Shown: positions 41,460 through 50,475 of the stretch, in pieces
Layout of the letters: each line of letters starts with the position of its first letter
Numbering within the stretch: position 1 is the first letter of the stretch
Source: an uncultured Acidobacteriota bacterium
Lineage (GTDB): Bacteria; Acidobacteriota; Vicinamibacteria; Vicinamibacterales; SCN-69-37
Direction of reading: 5' to 3'
DNA length: 64,000 nt
Assembly: GCA_963764505.1 (NCBI GenBank)
Contig: CAVXSP010000001.1
Location: forward strand, 2,036,614-2,100,613
Notes under the pieces: model-generated
The model's input: the letters and a program-made list of their open reading frames with translations, nothing else
Told to the model about the DNA's origin: nothing
Database searches by the model: none
Program-made: the position numbers and the translations under genes

Positions 41460-41465
41460 GGCGAG

Positions 41466-41535
41466 CTTCTCACTTCTGGCTTCTGGCTTCTGGCTTCTGG
41501 CTTCTGGCCTCTGGCTTCTGGCTTCTGGCTTCCTC
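41466..41535. repeat. GCCAGAA-family heptamer array (~10 units, reverse orientation)
   Basis: The units are cttctca cttctgg x4 cctctgg cttctgg x3 cttcctc. On the minus strand the array encodes the EARSQKP-repeat C-terminal tail of the DUF218 protein and ends 7 nt before the GT4 start codon. Confidence 0.9.
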
Positions 41536-42234
41536 CGTCCACCCCTGCCAGCGATGGTCCCGAATCGCCGCGTGCTCGTACAGCGCGTCGCGGCTCAGCC
41601 GGAGCGCGTAGTAGGACGGAACCCAGCGCGCCCACCCGGTCGTCGGCGGCTCGACGTCGACCGGGGACGGCACCAGCACCACGCGGACGTTGGCGTCGGC
41701 CACGAGCGCCGCGACCCGCGGCATCTGCAGCCGCGAGGCCACCAGTGCCGCCCGCGCGCCCGGATGGCTGGCAAAGAAGCGCACCACCCAGGCGATCTGC
41801 GCCCGCGTGTTGTAGGTCGTCGGATCGAGACGGATATCGTCGTAGCGCACACCGCTCCGCCACAGCGCGTCGAGCATCCACGGGTTGCCAAGCAGCCAGA
41901 CGCGGCTCGGGTGCGTGAGGTCGAACAGCTCCTTGGACTGCTGCACCCGGCCGCGGCGGTTGTCTCCGTCGAAGACGATGAGCGCGTCGAGCGCGCGGCG
42001 GTCGAGCGCCGGCTGCGCCGGCACGGCAGGGAGGTGGCTGGCAATCGTCGTCGCGACCGCCGGCACGCTCAGCAGGCCGTACAGTCCGAACACCGCCGCG
42101 AGCCACGTCCGGGCGAGCCGCCTCCGACGCGGCCAGGCCACCCGCAGCCCGAGTCCGACCAGAGTCGCCGCGACGAGAAAGGGAATGGACCCTGGCGCGC
42201 CGAGGCTCTTCAGCAGCCACAGCGCATGCGTCAC
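41470..42234 (-). CDS. DUF218 / YdcF-ElyC-like protein
   Basis: Intact 254-aa ORF with GTG 42234 overlapping the upstream stop (GTGA). Two N-terminal TM helices are followed by ALIVFDGDNRRGR, TYNTRAQIAWV and VASRLQMPR, as in the DUF218 family. The C-terminal 22 aa are encoded by the heptamer array. Confidence 0.7.
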   Translation of the reverse strand: MTHALWLLKSLGAPGSIPFLVAATLVGLGLRVAWPRRRRLARTWLAAVFGLYGLLSVPAVATTIASHLPAVPAQPALDRRALDALIVFDGDNRRGRVQQSKELFDLTHPSRVWLLGNPWMLDALWRSGVRYDDIRLDPTTYNTRAQIAWVVRFFASHPGARAALVASRLQMPRVAALVADANVRVVLVPSPVDVEPPTTGWARWVPSYYALRLSRDALYEHAAIRDHRWQGWTEEARSQKPEARSQKPEARSQK

Positions 42235-44042
42235 GAGGTGCCCAGCAATTCACGGAGGGCCCGGACGGCCGCCTGCTGAGCGGCGGAGAGCTCGAGCTTC
42301 TCGACGGAATCCAGCTCGGCGCGCGCGCGGGCGGACTCGTGCACGGCTGCGTGAATCGTCGCCGCGTGGATCAGGACGTCCGGGTTCTGCCCGAGCCGCG
42401 AGACCGCCATCTCCAGGAACGGCACGGCGGCGTTGTCGTCGCCGAGCAGATGATGGATCCAGCCCACCGTGTCGGCGATGGCCGGATCCTGCTGCAGCCG
42501 GTAGGAGCGCTGCGCGATTGTCAGTGCCTCCTGGGCGCCGTGCCCGTACTCGGCCAGGTAGTACGCCAGGTTGTTCAGCGCCATCGCGTTCTCGGGATCC
42601 AGGTCGGCGATGCGCCGGTAGCGCTCGATGCTCTTGGCGTACTCCTGGCGGACGGCGTACAGCTCCGCCAGCTGGGTCTGCGCGGCGAGGAGGCGGGGCT
42701 CGATCTCCGTCGCGCGGACGAGCAGGCTCTCGACGTTGGTCCGATCGCCGCGCGCCACCTCGCTCTCGAGCTTCAGCACGAGCTTCACGCCGGCCGGCTT
42801 CAGGCCCCCGGCGTCGGCGATCGCCAGACGGCGCTGCGCGAAAATCGCCGGCAGCTCGGTCTCGGGATCGAGGCCCTTGTCGATCTCCTCGGGCGCGAGC
42901 CACGTCCGCGGGAACGGGGTGCACAGCGGATCGCCGATCACGACCGTCTGCCAGCTCAGGAACGGCATCGCGAGGTAGAAGGACTCCGCGAGGGTGAAGC
43001 CCGACACGTAGGCGGGGAACAGAATCTGGGGCCGGATGGTGGCGTCGAGATACGGTTCGCTGACGTGCGCGGCGACGCCGGTGAGGCCGTCCCGGATCAG
43101 GTCCCCGGCCAGTGACTGAAAGCTGCCGTGAAATTGCGGCCCGCCGTCCGGGCCGCTCGGATTCCAGCTCGCGGGAGGCTCCGTGAACGTCCGGCCGTCG
43201 CTGCTGACGTACATCGCCCCGATCGCGCCGGGATTGAACACGAGCCCGGACCGGCGCTGCAGGTGCGCCGGGGCCGGGTCGTTCGACCCCCAGGAGTAGT
43301 AGCCGATCGCGGGATCCGTCGTCGAGACCGCATCAGGCGTCGTGTCCAGCAGAACCTGGCCCGCCACGGGCGTGTGCGCGAGACGCTCGGCGGCCTCCTG
43401 CAGCCACTGATCGCCGCCGCGATCGACGAAACTGGCCTTCTCGTCGAGGATGACTCTCCCCTGCGCGACAGGCGCGACCCCGCGATCGATGAGCCGCATC
43501 ACGTCGTCGACGGTGAAGCCGTCGAGCCGCGTGACGAGATACAGGTCGGAATCCACGCGCGTGAAGCGGCGAGCCTCGGCCGGAGTCCTGGTGCCGAGGA
43601 AATACGGGTTCGGCACGCGGCCCAGGACCGGGAGGATGGCGCCGAGCGATTTCCTGTAGAGCAGGGTCAGCTCGGAGTCCACGCTCGCGACGGTGCCGTC
43701 GCGCCCCCCCGTGCCTTCGATGCGCAGCGGCACGCCCTTCGTCAGAACGATATAGAGGATTCTGTCCTGGAGCGCCTGGCGGGCGAGCGCCGCCGCGATC
43801 GGGACCTCGATCGTCTGCCCGTAGACCGCCCGCGAAACCGCCTCCGTCGCCGGCGTATGCAGCCGGACGACGTGGTTCTCGCTCACCTGGCGGACCTTCG
43901 CGTAGTATTCGCCGATCTGGACCGACGCGGGGCTATCCGCGTTGACGACGACGAGCACGTTCTCCGCGGTCTGGGCCCGGCCGGGCTGGGCAACCAGGAG
44001 GAGTCCGAGCGTCGCGAGAAGAGCAGCGGTGAGGGCGCGCAT
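42231..44042 (-). CDS. Secreted protein: uncharacterised N-terminal ~430-aa domain (resembles what I recall as the TIGR03790 family) plus C-terminal TPR repeats
   Basis: ATG 44042 lies inside ORF 42231-44117 (MRALTAALLATLGLLLVAQPGRAQT signal peptide). It carries VLVVVNADSPASVQIGEYYAKVR, ILYIVLTKGVPLRI, YLVTRLDGFT, AAHVSEPYLD and TVVIGDPLC. The C-terminal region has TPR-like repeats (AMALNNLAYYLAEYG...). Confidence 0.7.
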   Translation of the reverse strand: MRALTAALLATLGLLLVAQPGRAQTAENVLVVVNADSPASVQIGEYYAKVRQVSENHVVRLHTPATEAVSRAVYGQTIEVPIAAALARQALQDRILYIVLTKGVPLRIEGTGGRDGTVASVDSELTLLYRKSLGAILPVLGRVPNPYFLGTRTPAEARRFTRVDSDLYLVTRLDGFTVDDVMRLIDRGVAPVAQGRVILDEKASFVDRGGDQWLQEAAERLAHTPVAGQVLLDTTPDAVSTTDPAIGYYSWGSNDPAPAHLQRRSGLVFNPGAIGAMYVSSDGRTFTEPPASWNPSGPDGGPQFHGSFQSLAGDLIRDGLTGVAAHVSEPYLDATIRPQILFPAYVSGFTLAESFYLAMPFLSWQTVVIGDPLCTPFPRTWLAPEEIDKGLDPETELPAIFAQRRLAIADAGGLKPAGVKLVLKLESEVARGDRTNVESLLVRATEIEPRLLAAQTQLAELYAVRQEYAKSIERYRRIADLDPENAMALNNLAYYLAEYGHGAQEALTIAQRSYRLQQDPAIADTVGWIHHLLGDDNAAVPFLEMAVSRLGQNPDVLIHAATIHAAVHESARARAELDSVEKLELSAAQQAAVRALRELLGTS

Positions 44043-44199
44043 TGCTTCGCGGGTGTGATGCGAACCGCGCGCCACATTTCCTGGGGCGGTTCCCGGGCGT
44101 ACGCCGGGGCTGCTCACCCGTGCGGGATGGAACTACTGAGAAGGTATCCGATCGGCAGACTTTTCTCCGGTCGGCGAGGCTCGGGAGGGAGAACCCGTC

Positions 44200-45105
44200 T
44201 CAGAGCTTCTGGTGTTTGCGCCGGGCGCGTCGCAGCATGCCGCCGCCGAGCGCGAGGCCCGTCCCGAGCAGGAGCAGCGACGCGGGTTCCGGCACCGGCG
44301 AATTGAACGGCGCCGCGGACCCCAGGTCCTTTCGCACCGCCCACTCCTCGTACCCGTCGTTGTTGCCGTAGGGCGCCGGAAGCCCGAATTGTGACCAGAG
44401 GTAGATGTACCGGTTCGACGAACCACCGGGGACCAGGTTGGTCGGGATGTAGAGGAACAGGTCGCCGGATCCGCTGCCGCTGTTGAGGTTGTAGTTCAGC
44501 AGCACGTTGTTCGTGGGCGCCGTCGACTGAGAGATGGCATAGGGAGCCGAGAGATTCCCGTCGAGGTCGTACCTCAGGCTGGACCCGGTCCCCGCGCAGG
44601 TGTCCGCGAACGACTTGCCGCCGGACCCCGACGAACAGAGCTGGAGGCCGGAGAGCGACAGCAGCGGATCGGAACCGGTCTGATTGATGTCGAGCAGGAA
44701 CTCGTAATATGACTGCGTGCCGGACGAGCCGTCGGCTTTCGGCAGGGTGACGACCGGAACCTGCGATTTCAGGAGGTCGGTCGTGAACGTCGGCGAGCTG
44801 TTCTCGTTGTTCAGCAAGGGCCGCGCGCTCGTATTCATGCCGTCTTCGACGAGCTTGTTGCTGCTGATGCGGACGAACGAGTCGATGACGCCAGTGCCCG
44901 TCGACTGCATGTCCGTGGTGGTCCACAGGGCGCCGGCGAAGCTCCAGAAGTCCACGCCGCCGAAGGTCACGCCGGAGCCGGACGAGCTCGTGCACGAGCC
45001 GGACGTGCAGTCGAGCGTCGCGGCCTGACTCGCCGCCGGCGCCGCGATCATGAGGCCCAGCACCAGCAGGGCCGCGGCGGCCGACTTCGTCAGGTTATCT
45101 CTCAT
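44200..45105 (-). CDS. PEP-CTERM sorting-domain protein (exosortase substrate)
   Basis: Intact 301-aa ORF. The signal peptide is MRDNLTKSAAAALLVLGLMIAAPAASQA. The body is Ser/Gly/Thr/Asn-rich. The C-terminus, VPEPASLLLLGTGLALGGGMLRRARRKHQKL, shows PEP, a TM helix and a basic cluster. The SD gggagag lies 7 nt upstream of the ATG. Confidence 0.9.
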   Translation of the reverse strand: MRDNLTKSAAAALLVLGLMIAAPAASQAATLDCTSGSCTSSSGSGVTFGGVDFWSFAGALWTTTDMQSTGTGVIDSFVRISSNKLVEDGMNTSARPLLNNENSSPTFTTDLLKSQVPVVTLPKADGSSGTQSYYEFLLDINQTGSDPLLSLSGLQLCSSGSGGKSFADTCAGTGSSLRYDLDGNLSAPYAISQSTAPTNNVLLNYNLNSGSGSGDLFLYIPTNLVPGGSSNRYIYLWSQFGLPAPYGNNDGYEEWAVRKDLGSAAPFNSPVPEPASLLLLGTGLALGGGMLRRARRKHQKL

Positions 45106-45171
45106 CCGCGAGCTCTCCCGTCCGTCTCAACTCTCAGGCCCGAAGACCGGGGCCGACTCGGCCGGCGAGGT

Positions 45172-45187
45172 TGCAAGAACAGTTCCG
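45172..45187 (-). promoter_or_regulatory. Candidate sigma-54 (-24/-12) promoter for the PEP-CTERM gene
   Basis: The minus strand reads cGGAAC-tgttc-TTGCAa against the consensus TGGCAC-N5-TTGCA. GG and GC have the correct 12-nt register. The predicted TSS lies about 55 nt upstream of ATG 45105. Confidence 0.45.
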
Positions 45188-45358
45188 GCTCAGGCGTGAT
45201 GGAAACCTGCCCGTGAACACGCGAAAAGCGGACGTCCTCATCGGCGCAAGGTCTGCAGCCGGGAGACTTTAGTTAGAGCTTCCGGCTCGCCTGTCGATCG
45301 CCTCACGAGGCGCCCCTGCGACCGCCGGCTGCCGGACCGCGACGGGTCAGGGCCTGCC

Positions 45359-45375
45359 GGGCACAGAACCTGCTT
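45359..45375 (+). promoter_or_regulatory. Candidate sigma-54 (-24/-12) promoter for the TPR lipoprotein gene
   Basis: The sequence gGGCAC-agaac-cTGCTt has the GG/GC spacing of the consensus. It leaves only a ~6-nt leader before GTG 45391, which weakens either the promoter or the start call. Confidence 0.3.
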
Positions 45376-45390
45376 GTGAGGGGACCTGGC

Positions 45391-47670
45391 GTGAGTCGTA
45401 GAACCTCCTCTGTCGCTGCAGTCGCTCTCATCGGCGCGTGCCTCGCCGGTGCCTGCTCGAGCTCGGAGAGCCGGCGTGACTCGGCGATTGCAAAGGGAGA
45501 CGCCTACCGCCGGCAGGGGCAGTACGCCGACGCCGTGCTCGAGTACCGCCGTGCCTCCCAGGCCGATCCGGAATCGCCCGTCCCATATGTGCGGCTTGGA
45601 CAGGTGGCCATCGACAGTGGTGACAAGCTGAACGCGTGGCAGTCCTATCAGAGGGCCGCCGACCTCGCGCCAAACGATCCGGACCTGCAAATCGAGGCCG
45701 GCGGCATGCTCCTGCTTGCGCATCGCTTCGATGATGCTCGCGCCCGAGCCGACAGGGTGCTGGCCCGGGACCCGAAGAATCTCCGGGCGCTTGTGCTGCG
45801 CGCGAACGCGCTGGCTGGCCTGCAGAATCTCGACACCGCCATCGAGCAGATTCGCGCCGCCATCCAGATGAGTCCCGGCGAGAGCGAGCTTTACAGCAAT
45901 CTCGCCGTCATGGAGGCCAATACCGGTCAGCTCAAGCAGGCCGAAGCCACGTTCCAGCGCGCGATCGACGTCGCACCCGGCTCGGCCTCCGCACACATGG
46001 CGTTCGGCAATTTCTATTGGGGCACGCAGCGGCCGCAGCAGGCCGAAGCCGAGCTGTTGAAGGCGGTGCAGCTCGAGCCGCGCAACGTGCTGGCCAACCG
46101 TGCGCTTGCGACCTTCTACTTCGGGTCGGGCCAGCCGCTGAAGGCGGAAGCTCCGCTCAAAGTCGTCGTCGAAGCGTCTCCGGGCGTGGACGAGCGGCTC
46201 GCGCTCGCGGACTACTATCTGGTGACTGGGAGGCGCGATCTCGGCGTGTCGATGCTCGACGCGATCACCAAGCTCCCGGACGGGGCCGACAAGGCCCAGG
46301 CGCGGCTCGCCGCGCTGCGGCTCGCCGAGGGCCGCAGCCCGGAGGCGCGCGCGATCGTGAACACGATTCTCGAACGGAATCCGCGCAGCGCCGAGGCCCT
46401 GATCGTGCGAGCCCGCTTGCTGATGGCCGAGCGTGACTACGCGGGCGCGCAGCGGGACGCGACCGCCGCCGCCAACTCGGATCTCCAGTCCGTCCACGCG
46501 TGGTACCTCGCCGGCCAACTCGACGCCCTCCAAGGCGACTATTCCCGGGCCCAGGAAGCCTTCCAAGCCGTGGTCAGGCTCAATCCGCTCGCCGCCGCCG
46601 CGAAAATCCAGCTCGCGCGGCTCACGCAGATCCAGGGCGCGGTGGATCGTGCCGACGACGCCCTCAAGACGATCCTCGAGTCCGGGCCCCGCGACCCCGC
46701 GACCGCCGTCATGCTCGTGAGCGCGCTGCTCGAGCGTCGCGACCTGGTCGATGCCGAGGCCCAGCTGAAGCCCCTTCTCGAGCAATATCCCAAGGCGGCG
46801 CCAGTCCAGTCGCTCATGGGCACGCTGAGCCTGCTGAAGAAGGACTATGCCGGCGCCCGACGCTGGTACCAGGCCGCGCTCGAGACGGCGCCGGGCTCGC
46901 TCGACACGCTCTCGGGACTGGTCGCGGCCGACCTCGCGACCGGCCATCCCGACGAGGCGCGGAATCGCGTGCTCAAGGCGCTGGCGCGAGAGCCGATACG
47001 GACGCAGCTCCGGCTGCTCCTCGCGAAGGTCTACGGCGCCACGCACGAGGTCGACAAGGCGGAGGCGATTCTGCGCGACGCGGTCAACGCCGACCCGCTC
47101 AGCTTCGACGCCTACGGCATGCTGGCGCAGCTGCTGTACGAACGCGGCCGCCTCGAGGAAGGAAAGCAGGCCTTCGAGAAGGTGCTCGAGCGAGAGCCTC
47201 GCGGCGTGGCGGCCCTGACGATGATCGGCATCATCCTCGAGAAGCAGGGCAAGACGGAGGACGCCATCGCGACCTATCGGCGCGCGCTGTCCATCGACCG
47301 GAACGCCGCCGTCGCCGCGAACAATGTCGCCTGGATCTATGCCGAGCGCGGGACGAACCTCGAGGACGCGGTCATGTTCGCGCGTACGGCCAGACAGTTT
47401 CTGCCCGATCGGCCGGCCGTCTCCGACACGCTGGGGTGGGCCTACTACCGCAACGGCCAGCCGAGGCTGGTAAAGGTGTCGATCCCGTACTTCGAGGAGT
47501 GCGTCGAGAAGGACCCGCGCAATCCCCTCTACCGGTACCACCTGGGGGCCGCGCTCGCCAGCAGCGGCGAGTCGGCCCGCGCGCGCGAGCAGCTCGAGGC
47601 CGCCCTCAAGCTGAGCACGACCTTCAGCGGCGTCGCCGAGACGCGCCGGCTGCTCGCCACGATCAACTGA
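45391..47670 (+). CDS. TPR-repeat lipoprotein, PrsT-like (PEP-CTERM system associated)
   Basis: ORF 45376-47670. GTG 45391 gives VSRRTSSVAAVALIGAC with a lipobox (IGAC). About 20 TPR-like repeats run through 760 aa (GQYADAVLEYRRASQADPESPVPYVRLGQVAI... AWIYAERGTNLEDAVMFARTA...GWAYYRNGQ). It is divergent from the PEP-CTERM gene. Confidence 0.7.
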   Translation: MSRRTSSVAAVALIGACLAGACSSSESRRDSAIAKGDAYRRQGQYADAVLEYRRASQADPESPVPYVRLGQVAIDSGDKLNAWQSYQRAADLAPNDPDLQIEAGGMLLLAHRFDDARARADRVLARDPKNLRALVLRANALAGLQNLDTAIEQIRAAIQMSPGESELYSNLAVMEANTGQLKQAEATFQRAIDVAPGSASAHMAFGNFYWGTQRPQQAEAELLKAVQLEPRNVLANRALATFYFGSGQPLKAEAPLKVVVEASPGVDERLALADYYLVTGRRDLGVSMLDAITKLPDGADKAQARLAALRLAEGRSPEARAIVNTILERNPRSAEALIVRARLLMAERDYAGAQRDATAAANSDLQSVHAWYLAGQLDALQGDYSRAQEAFQAVVRLNPLAAAAKIQLARLTQIQGAVDRADDALKTILESGPRDPATAVMLVSALLERRDLVDAEAQLKPLLEQYPKAAPVQSLMGTLSLLKKDYAGARRWYQAALETAPGSLDTLSGLVAADLATGHPDEARNRVLKALAREPIRTQLRLLLAKVYGATHEVDKAEAILRDAVNADPLSFDAYGMLAQLLYERGRLEEGKQAFEKVLEREPRGVAALTMIGIILEKQGKTEDAIATYRRALSIDRNAAVAANNVAWIYAERGTNLEDAVMFARTARQFLPDRPAVSDTLGWAYYRNGQPRLVKVSIPYFEECVEKDPRNPLYRYHLGAALASSGESARAREQLEAALKLSTTFSGVAETRRLLATIN

Positions 47671-47673
47671 CGA

Positions 47674-49578
47674 TCACCACGTGAAGCCGCCCGACGCCGT
47701 TCCGCTGAGCGCTCCGGCGGTGGCGGTGGCCTGCACCTGGTAGGGGCCCTTCGGGTCCTTGGGCTTGAGGTGGAGCGTAGCCGCCGCGCTGCCGGCGGCG
47801 CCGGTCGTCGCGCTGATGGTCGTCAGCACCCCCTTGGGATTGCGCACGACGAACGTGACCGTGGCGCCGGCCGCCGGCGCGCCGCCCGCCATGACGCTGG
47901 CTTCGAGCGCTTCGCCGTTCCGCGCCGGCTCGAACGAGAGGGCGAGGTCCAGCGACCCGGCAATCGCGATCGACGTCGTGGCCGCGCCGCCCGGCCCGGT
48001 GCCGCCCACGCGGGCGGCGGTGGCGCTGACCGTCGTCGTGCCGCTGGCCGTCGCGGACGGTGTGACGGTCAGACCGGCCGTGCCCGTCGCGCCGGGGGCG
48101 AGCACGAGCGACAGGCGGTCGAAGCTCGTCGTCCAGCCGGCGGGCACACCCGCGCTCAACGCGAACGTCGCGGCCGCGCACGACGCGTCATCCGCGTTCC
48201 TCACGCTCAGGCTGTACGTGACGCTCTGCGATGGCGACGTCACGACGGGCCCGGCCGGAGAGAACGAGACGATGGGCGCGCGAGCCGTGCACGGCGGTCC
48301 CGACGAGACGACGTTCACGGTCGCGCCCGTGGGACCCGAGGACACGACGGTGAGGGTCAGGCCGGATGCCGCGTCGGTGAACGTCTGCCCGATGTCGAGC
48401 AGCGCATCGAATGCGCTCGTCACCGGATCGAGGTCCAGCTCGAGGCTCGAGTCCGGGTCTGCGCCATCGCCCGCATGGACCAGCACGCCGGGCGCGATGC
48501 CGCTGTCGTACCCGAGACGCGTGCGTACCTCGACGTAGTACCAGCCGCCGTTCACGTTCGCGATCTTCAGCGCTTTCGGCATCTCGCCGTCCGTCTCCAG
48601 CGGATCGATCCAGTAGGACCCGGTGCCCGCCACGGTCTGCACGGGCGGCGAGGCGCCGTAGTTCAGCCAGCCGAGCCGCTCCTTCTGGAACGCGTTGAAG
48701 TACCCGACCGACAGGTTGCCCATGATGTCGTGGTCGTCGCCGTACTCGACGAACCCGCAGCCGGACGAGGCGCACGGCTGCGAGTGCGAGTGGTAGAGCC
48801 CGAGGTTGTGGCCCAGCTCGTGGCCGACGACCTGCATCGTGTACGCGCCGTTGATCCAGGCGCGCGACGGGTTTCCGCCGACCGTTCCCAGGCCCCACCA
48901 CCCGCACGACCCGGTGCTCGGGAACGCGTACACCCGGCGCGGGTAGGCGCCGACGTTGACGCCGCTCGCGGCGGCCGCCTGGTCGGCGAGCGAGGCGATC
49001 GTGTTCGTGTCGCACGAGCCGCTGCTCATCGGCAGGGTGAACCAGCCGTACACGGCGCCGCTCAGCGAGGTCTGGCCATACGACGCGTCGACGTAGAAAT
49101 TGGACACGTCCTGGAACGTCGTCGTGTAGGCGCTGGCGGTGGTCGTGGTCGTGGACGGGTTGTCCTGGAAGTTCACGAGCAGCACGAGCGTGCTCTGGTC
49201 GCCGAACGTCTTCGACGAGGCGAGGCCGACCACCTGGACGCCGCCGTTCGATTTGGAGAGCGCCAGCGTGTCGCCGGTCAGCCGGCCACGGGCCTTGACG
49301 CGTGTCCCGGTCGCGAGCGACGGCGGTCCATCGTCGAACTGCAGCCGCACGACGCGGTTTCCGACGTGCAGCAGATGGCGGAGGCGCGCGCCGGCCGCCC
49401 AGTCCTCCACGCGGACTTCGAGCTCGCCCTCGATTTCGACCTCGCCCGCCTGCGGTGGCCGCGCCGGCGCCGGCGACTGGGCGCGCGCGACCGGCGCGTG
49501 TGCCACGAGCCCGACGGCGAGCGCAACGGCGGACAGGAACTGGTGGGACAACACGGAGGGACGTCGGCAGCGCATCAT
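47674..49578 (-). CDS. Secreted metzincin zinc metalloprotease (gametolysin/M11-like) with C-terminal Ig-like/CARDB-like domains
   Basis: ATG 49578 lies inside ORF 47674-49725 (MMRCRRPSVLSHQFLSAVALAVGLVAHAPVARAQ signal). The catalytic block VVGHELGHNLGLYHSH matches HExxHxxGxxH, followed by DHDIMGN (Met-turn candidate). Two or three beta-sandwich-like repeats sit in the last ~250 aa. Confidence 0.75.
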   Translation of the reverse strand: MMRCRRPSVLSHQFLSAVALAVGLVAHAPVARAQSPAPARPPQAGEVEIEGELEVRVEDWAAGARLRHLLHVGNRVVRLQFDDGPPSLATGTRVKARGRLTGDTLALSKSNGGVQVVGLASSKTFGDQSTLVLLVNFQDNPSTTTTTASAYTTTFQDVSNFYVDASYGQTSLSGAVYGWFTLPMSSGSCDTNTIASLADQAAAASGVNVGAYPRRVYAFPSTGSCGWWGLGTVGGNPSRAWINGAYTMQVVGHELGHNLGLYHSHSQPCASSGCGFVEYGDDHDIMGNLSVGYFNAFQKERLGWLNYGASPPVQTVAGTGSYWIDPLETDGEMPKALKIANVNGGWYYVEVRTRLGYDSGIAPGVLVHAGDGADPDSSLELDLDPVTSAFDALLDIGQTFTDAASGLTLTVVSSGPTGATVNVVSSGPPCTARAPIVSFSPAGPVVTSPSQSVTYSLSVRNADDASCAAATFALSAGVPAGWTTSFDRLSLVLAPGATGTAGLTVTPSATASGTTTVSATAARVGGTGPGGAATTSIAIAGSLDLALSFEPARNGEALEASVMAGGAPAAGATVTFVVRNPKGVLTTISATTGAAGSAAATLHLKPKDPKGPYQVQATATAGALSGTASGGFTW

Positions 49579-49887
49579 TGGGTTGAGCCTCGCGATGGGC
49601 GGCGCGTGGGTCGTCGCGCGCGCGTGCGACCGTGGGGCAATCGCGATGCCATCGCCGCTCTCGCGAGTCTTCGAGGAAAATCGTGCGCGGCGCGCCGGGC
49701 GCGGCGACGCCAATCCGAAAGCCAATCCGAAATCGGTCGGCCGCGGACAAAATTCGTGCGGGCGGCGGCACTGCGCCGGCTCAGCGGCGGATGGACTGTG
49801 GCGGACTGGAAGGGACTGCAGCGCGCGGGAGGGAGTGCGAGAGAGCGGACGAGGACCCGAAGGGCGGATTGGGCGGCGGGCGGCGGA

Positions 49888-50286
49888 CTACGCGAAACTC
49901 GCGAAGCTGAACATGCCGTTGGACGCGGTCCACTCGGCGAGCCACGTCCGCAGCCTGGCGAGCGCCGAGTCGGCGCCGGCGCCAGGGTCCATGCGAAGCG
50001 TGACCAAGTGACGCCGCGGTCCGGTCAGTCCGAGCTGAATCCATCGGGATCCAGGCTCGTCCATCACGCCGTACACCTCGACCCGCCACTCGTCGCCCGC
50101 GAGGAGGGCATCCGAGCCGTCGAGGGTCAGGAACACCTCTTCCTGACTGGCGGGCTGGGGAAGCGCATCGGCCTCGCCGCGTTGCGTCGAGGGGGCGGTC
50201 CCAGGCGAGGCGGAGCGTGGCGCGGACGGCGTCGAACGAATCGTGGCGGAGCCGTTGATGACTAGCCATGCGGCGAGCAATTGCAA
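49888..50286 (-). CDS. Hypothetical small protein
   Basis: 132-aa ORF. The C-terminal half is protein-like (EEVFLTLDGSDALLAGDEWRVEVYGVMDEPGSRWIQLGLTGPRRHLVTLRMDPGAG...). No family was recognised and it could be spurious. Confidence 0.35.
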   Translation of the reverse strand: MQLLAAWLVINGSATIRSTPSAPRSASPGTAPSTQRGEADALPQPASQEEVFLTLDGSDALLAGDEWRVEVYGVMDEPGSRWIQLGLTGPRRHLVTLRMDPGAGADSALARLRTWLAEWTASNGMFSFASFA

Positions 50287-50475
50287 TTGAGCGGCCAGCG
50301 AGGCAGACCGGCATTTCCGCCGCTTCCGAGGGGCGGGCCGCTGGCGCTTATGAAAGAATACCCAGATTTGTCAGAGACTTTACAGCTTTCACCCGATTTT
50401 GTCCGGGCCAAGGCAACAAAAGTCAACCTTCCAGACCTGGATTGGAGGGTGCGGAGTTGCCGGCCCGCTCGCGGG

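Noticed and set aside
45238-47541. 767-aa minus-strand ORF
   Set aside because: It is antisense to the TPR lipoprotein gene. The plus-strand product has regular TPR periodicity and a lipobox, whereas the minus-strand translation is featureless.
49709-49733. Direct 12-nt duplication gccaatccgaaa x2 upstream of the protease gene
   Set aside because: There are only two copies and no relation to the heptamer families. The evidence is too slight to call a regulatory site.
47770-50265. 831-aa plus-strand ORF (and 47759-48538)
   Set aside because: It is antisense to the metzincin gene, whose minus-strand product has a signal peptide and the HELGHNLGLYH motif. The plus-strand translation is Arg/Gly-rich.
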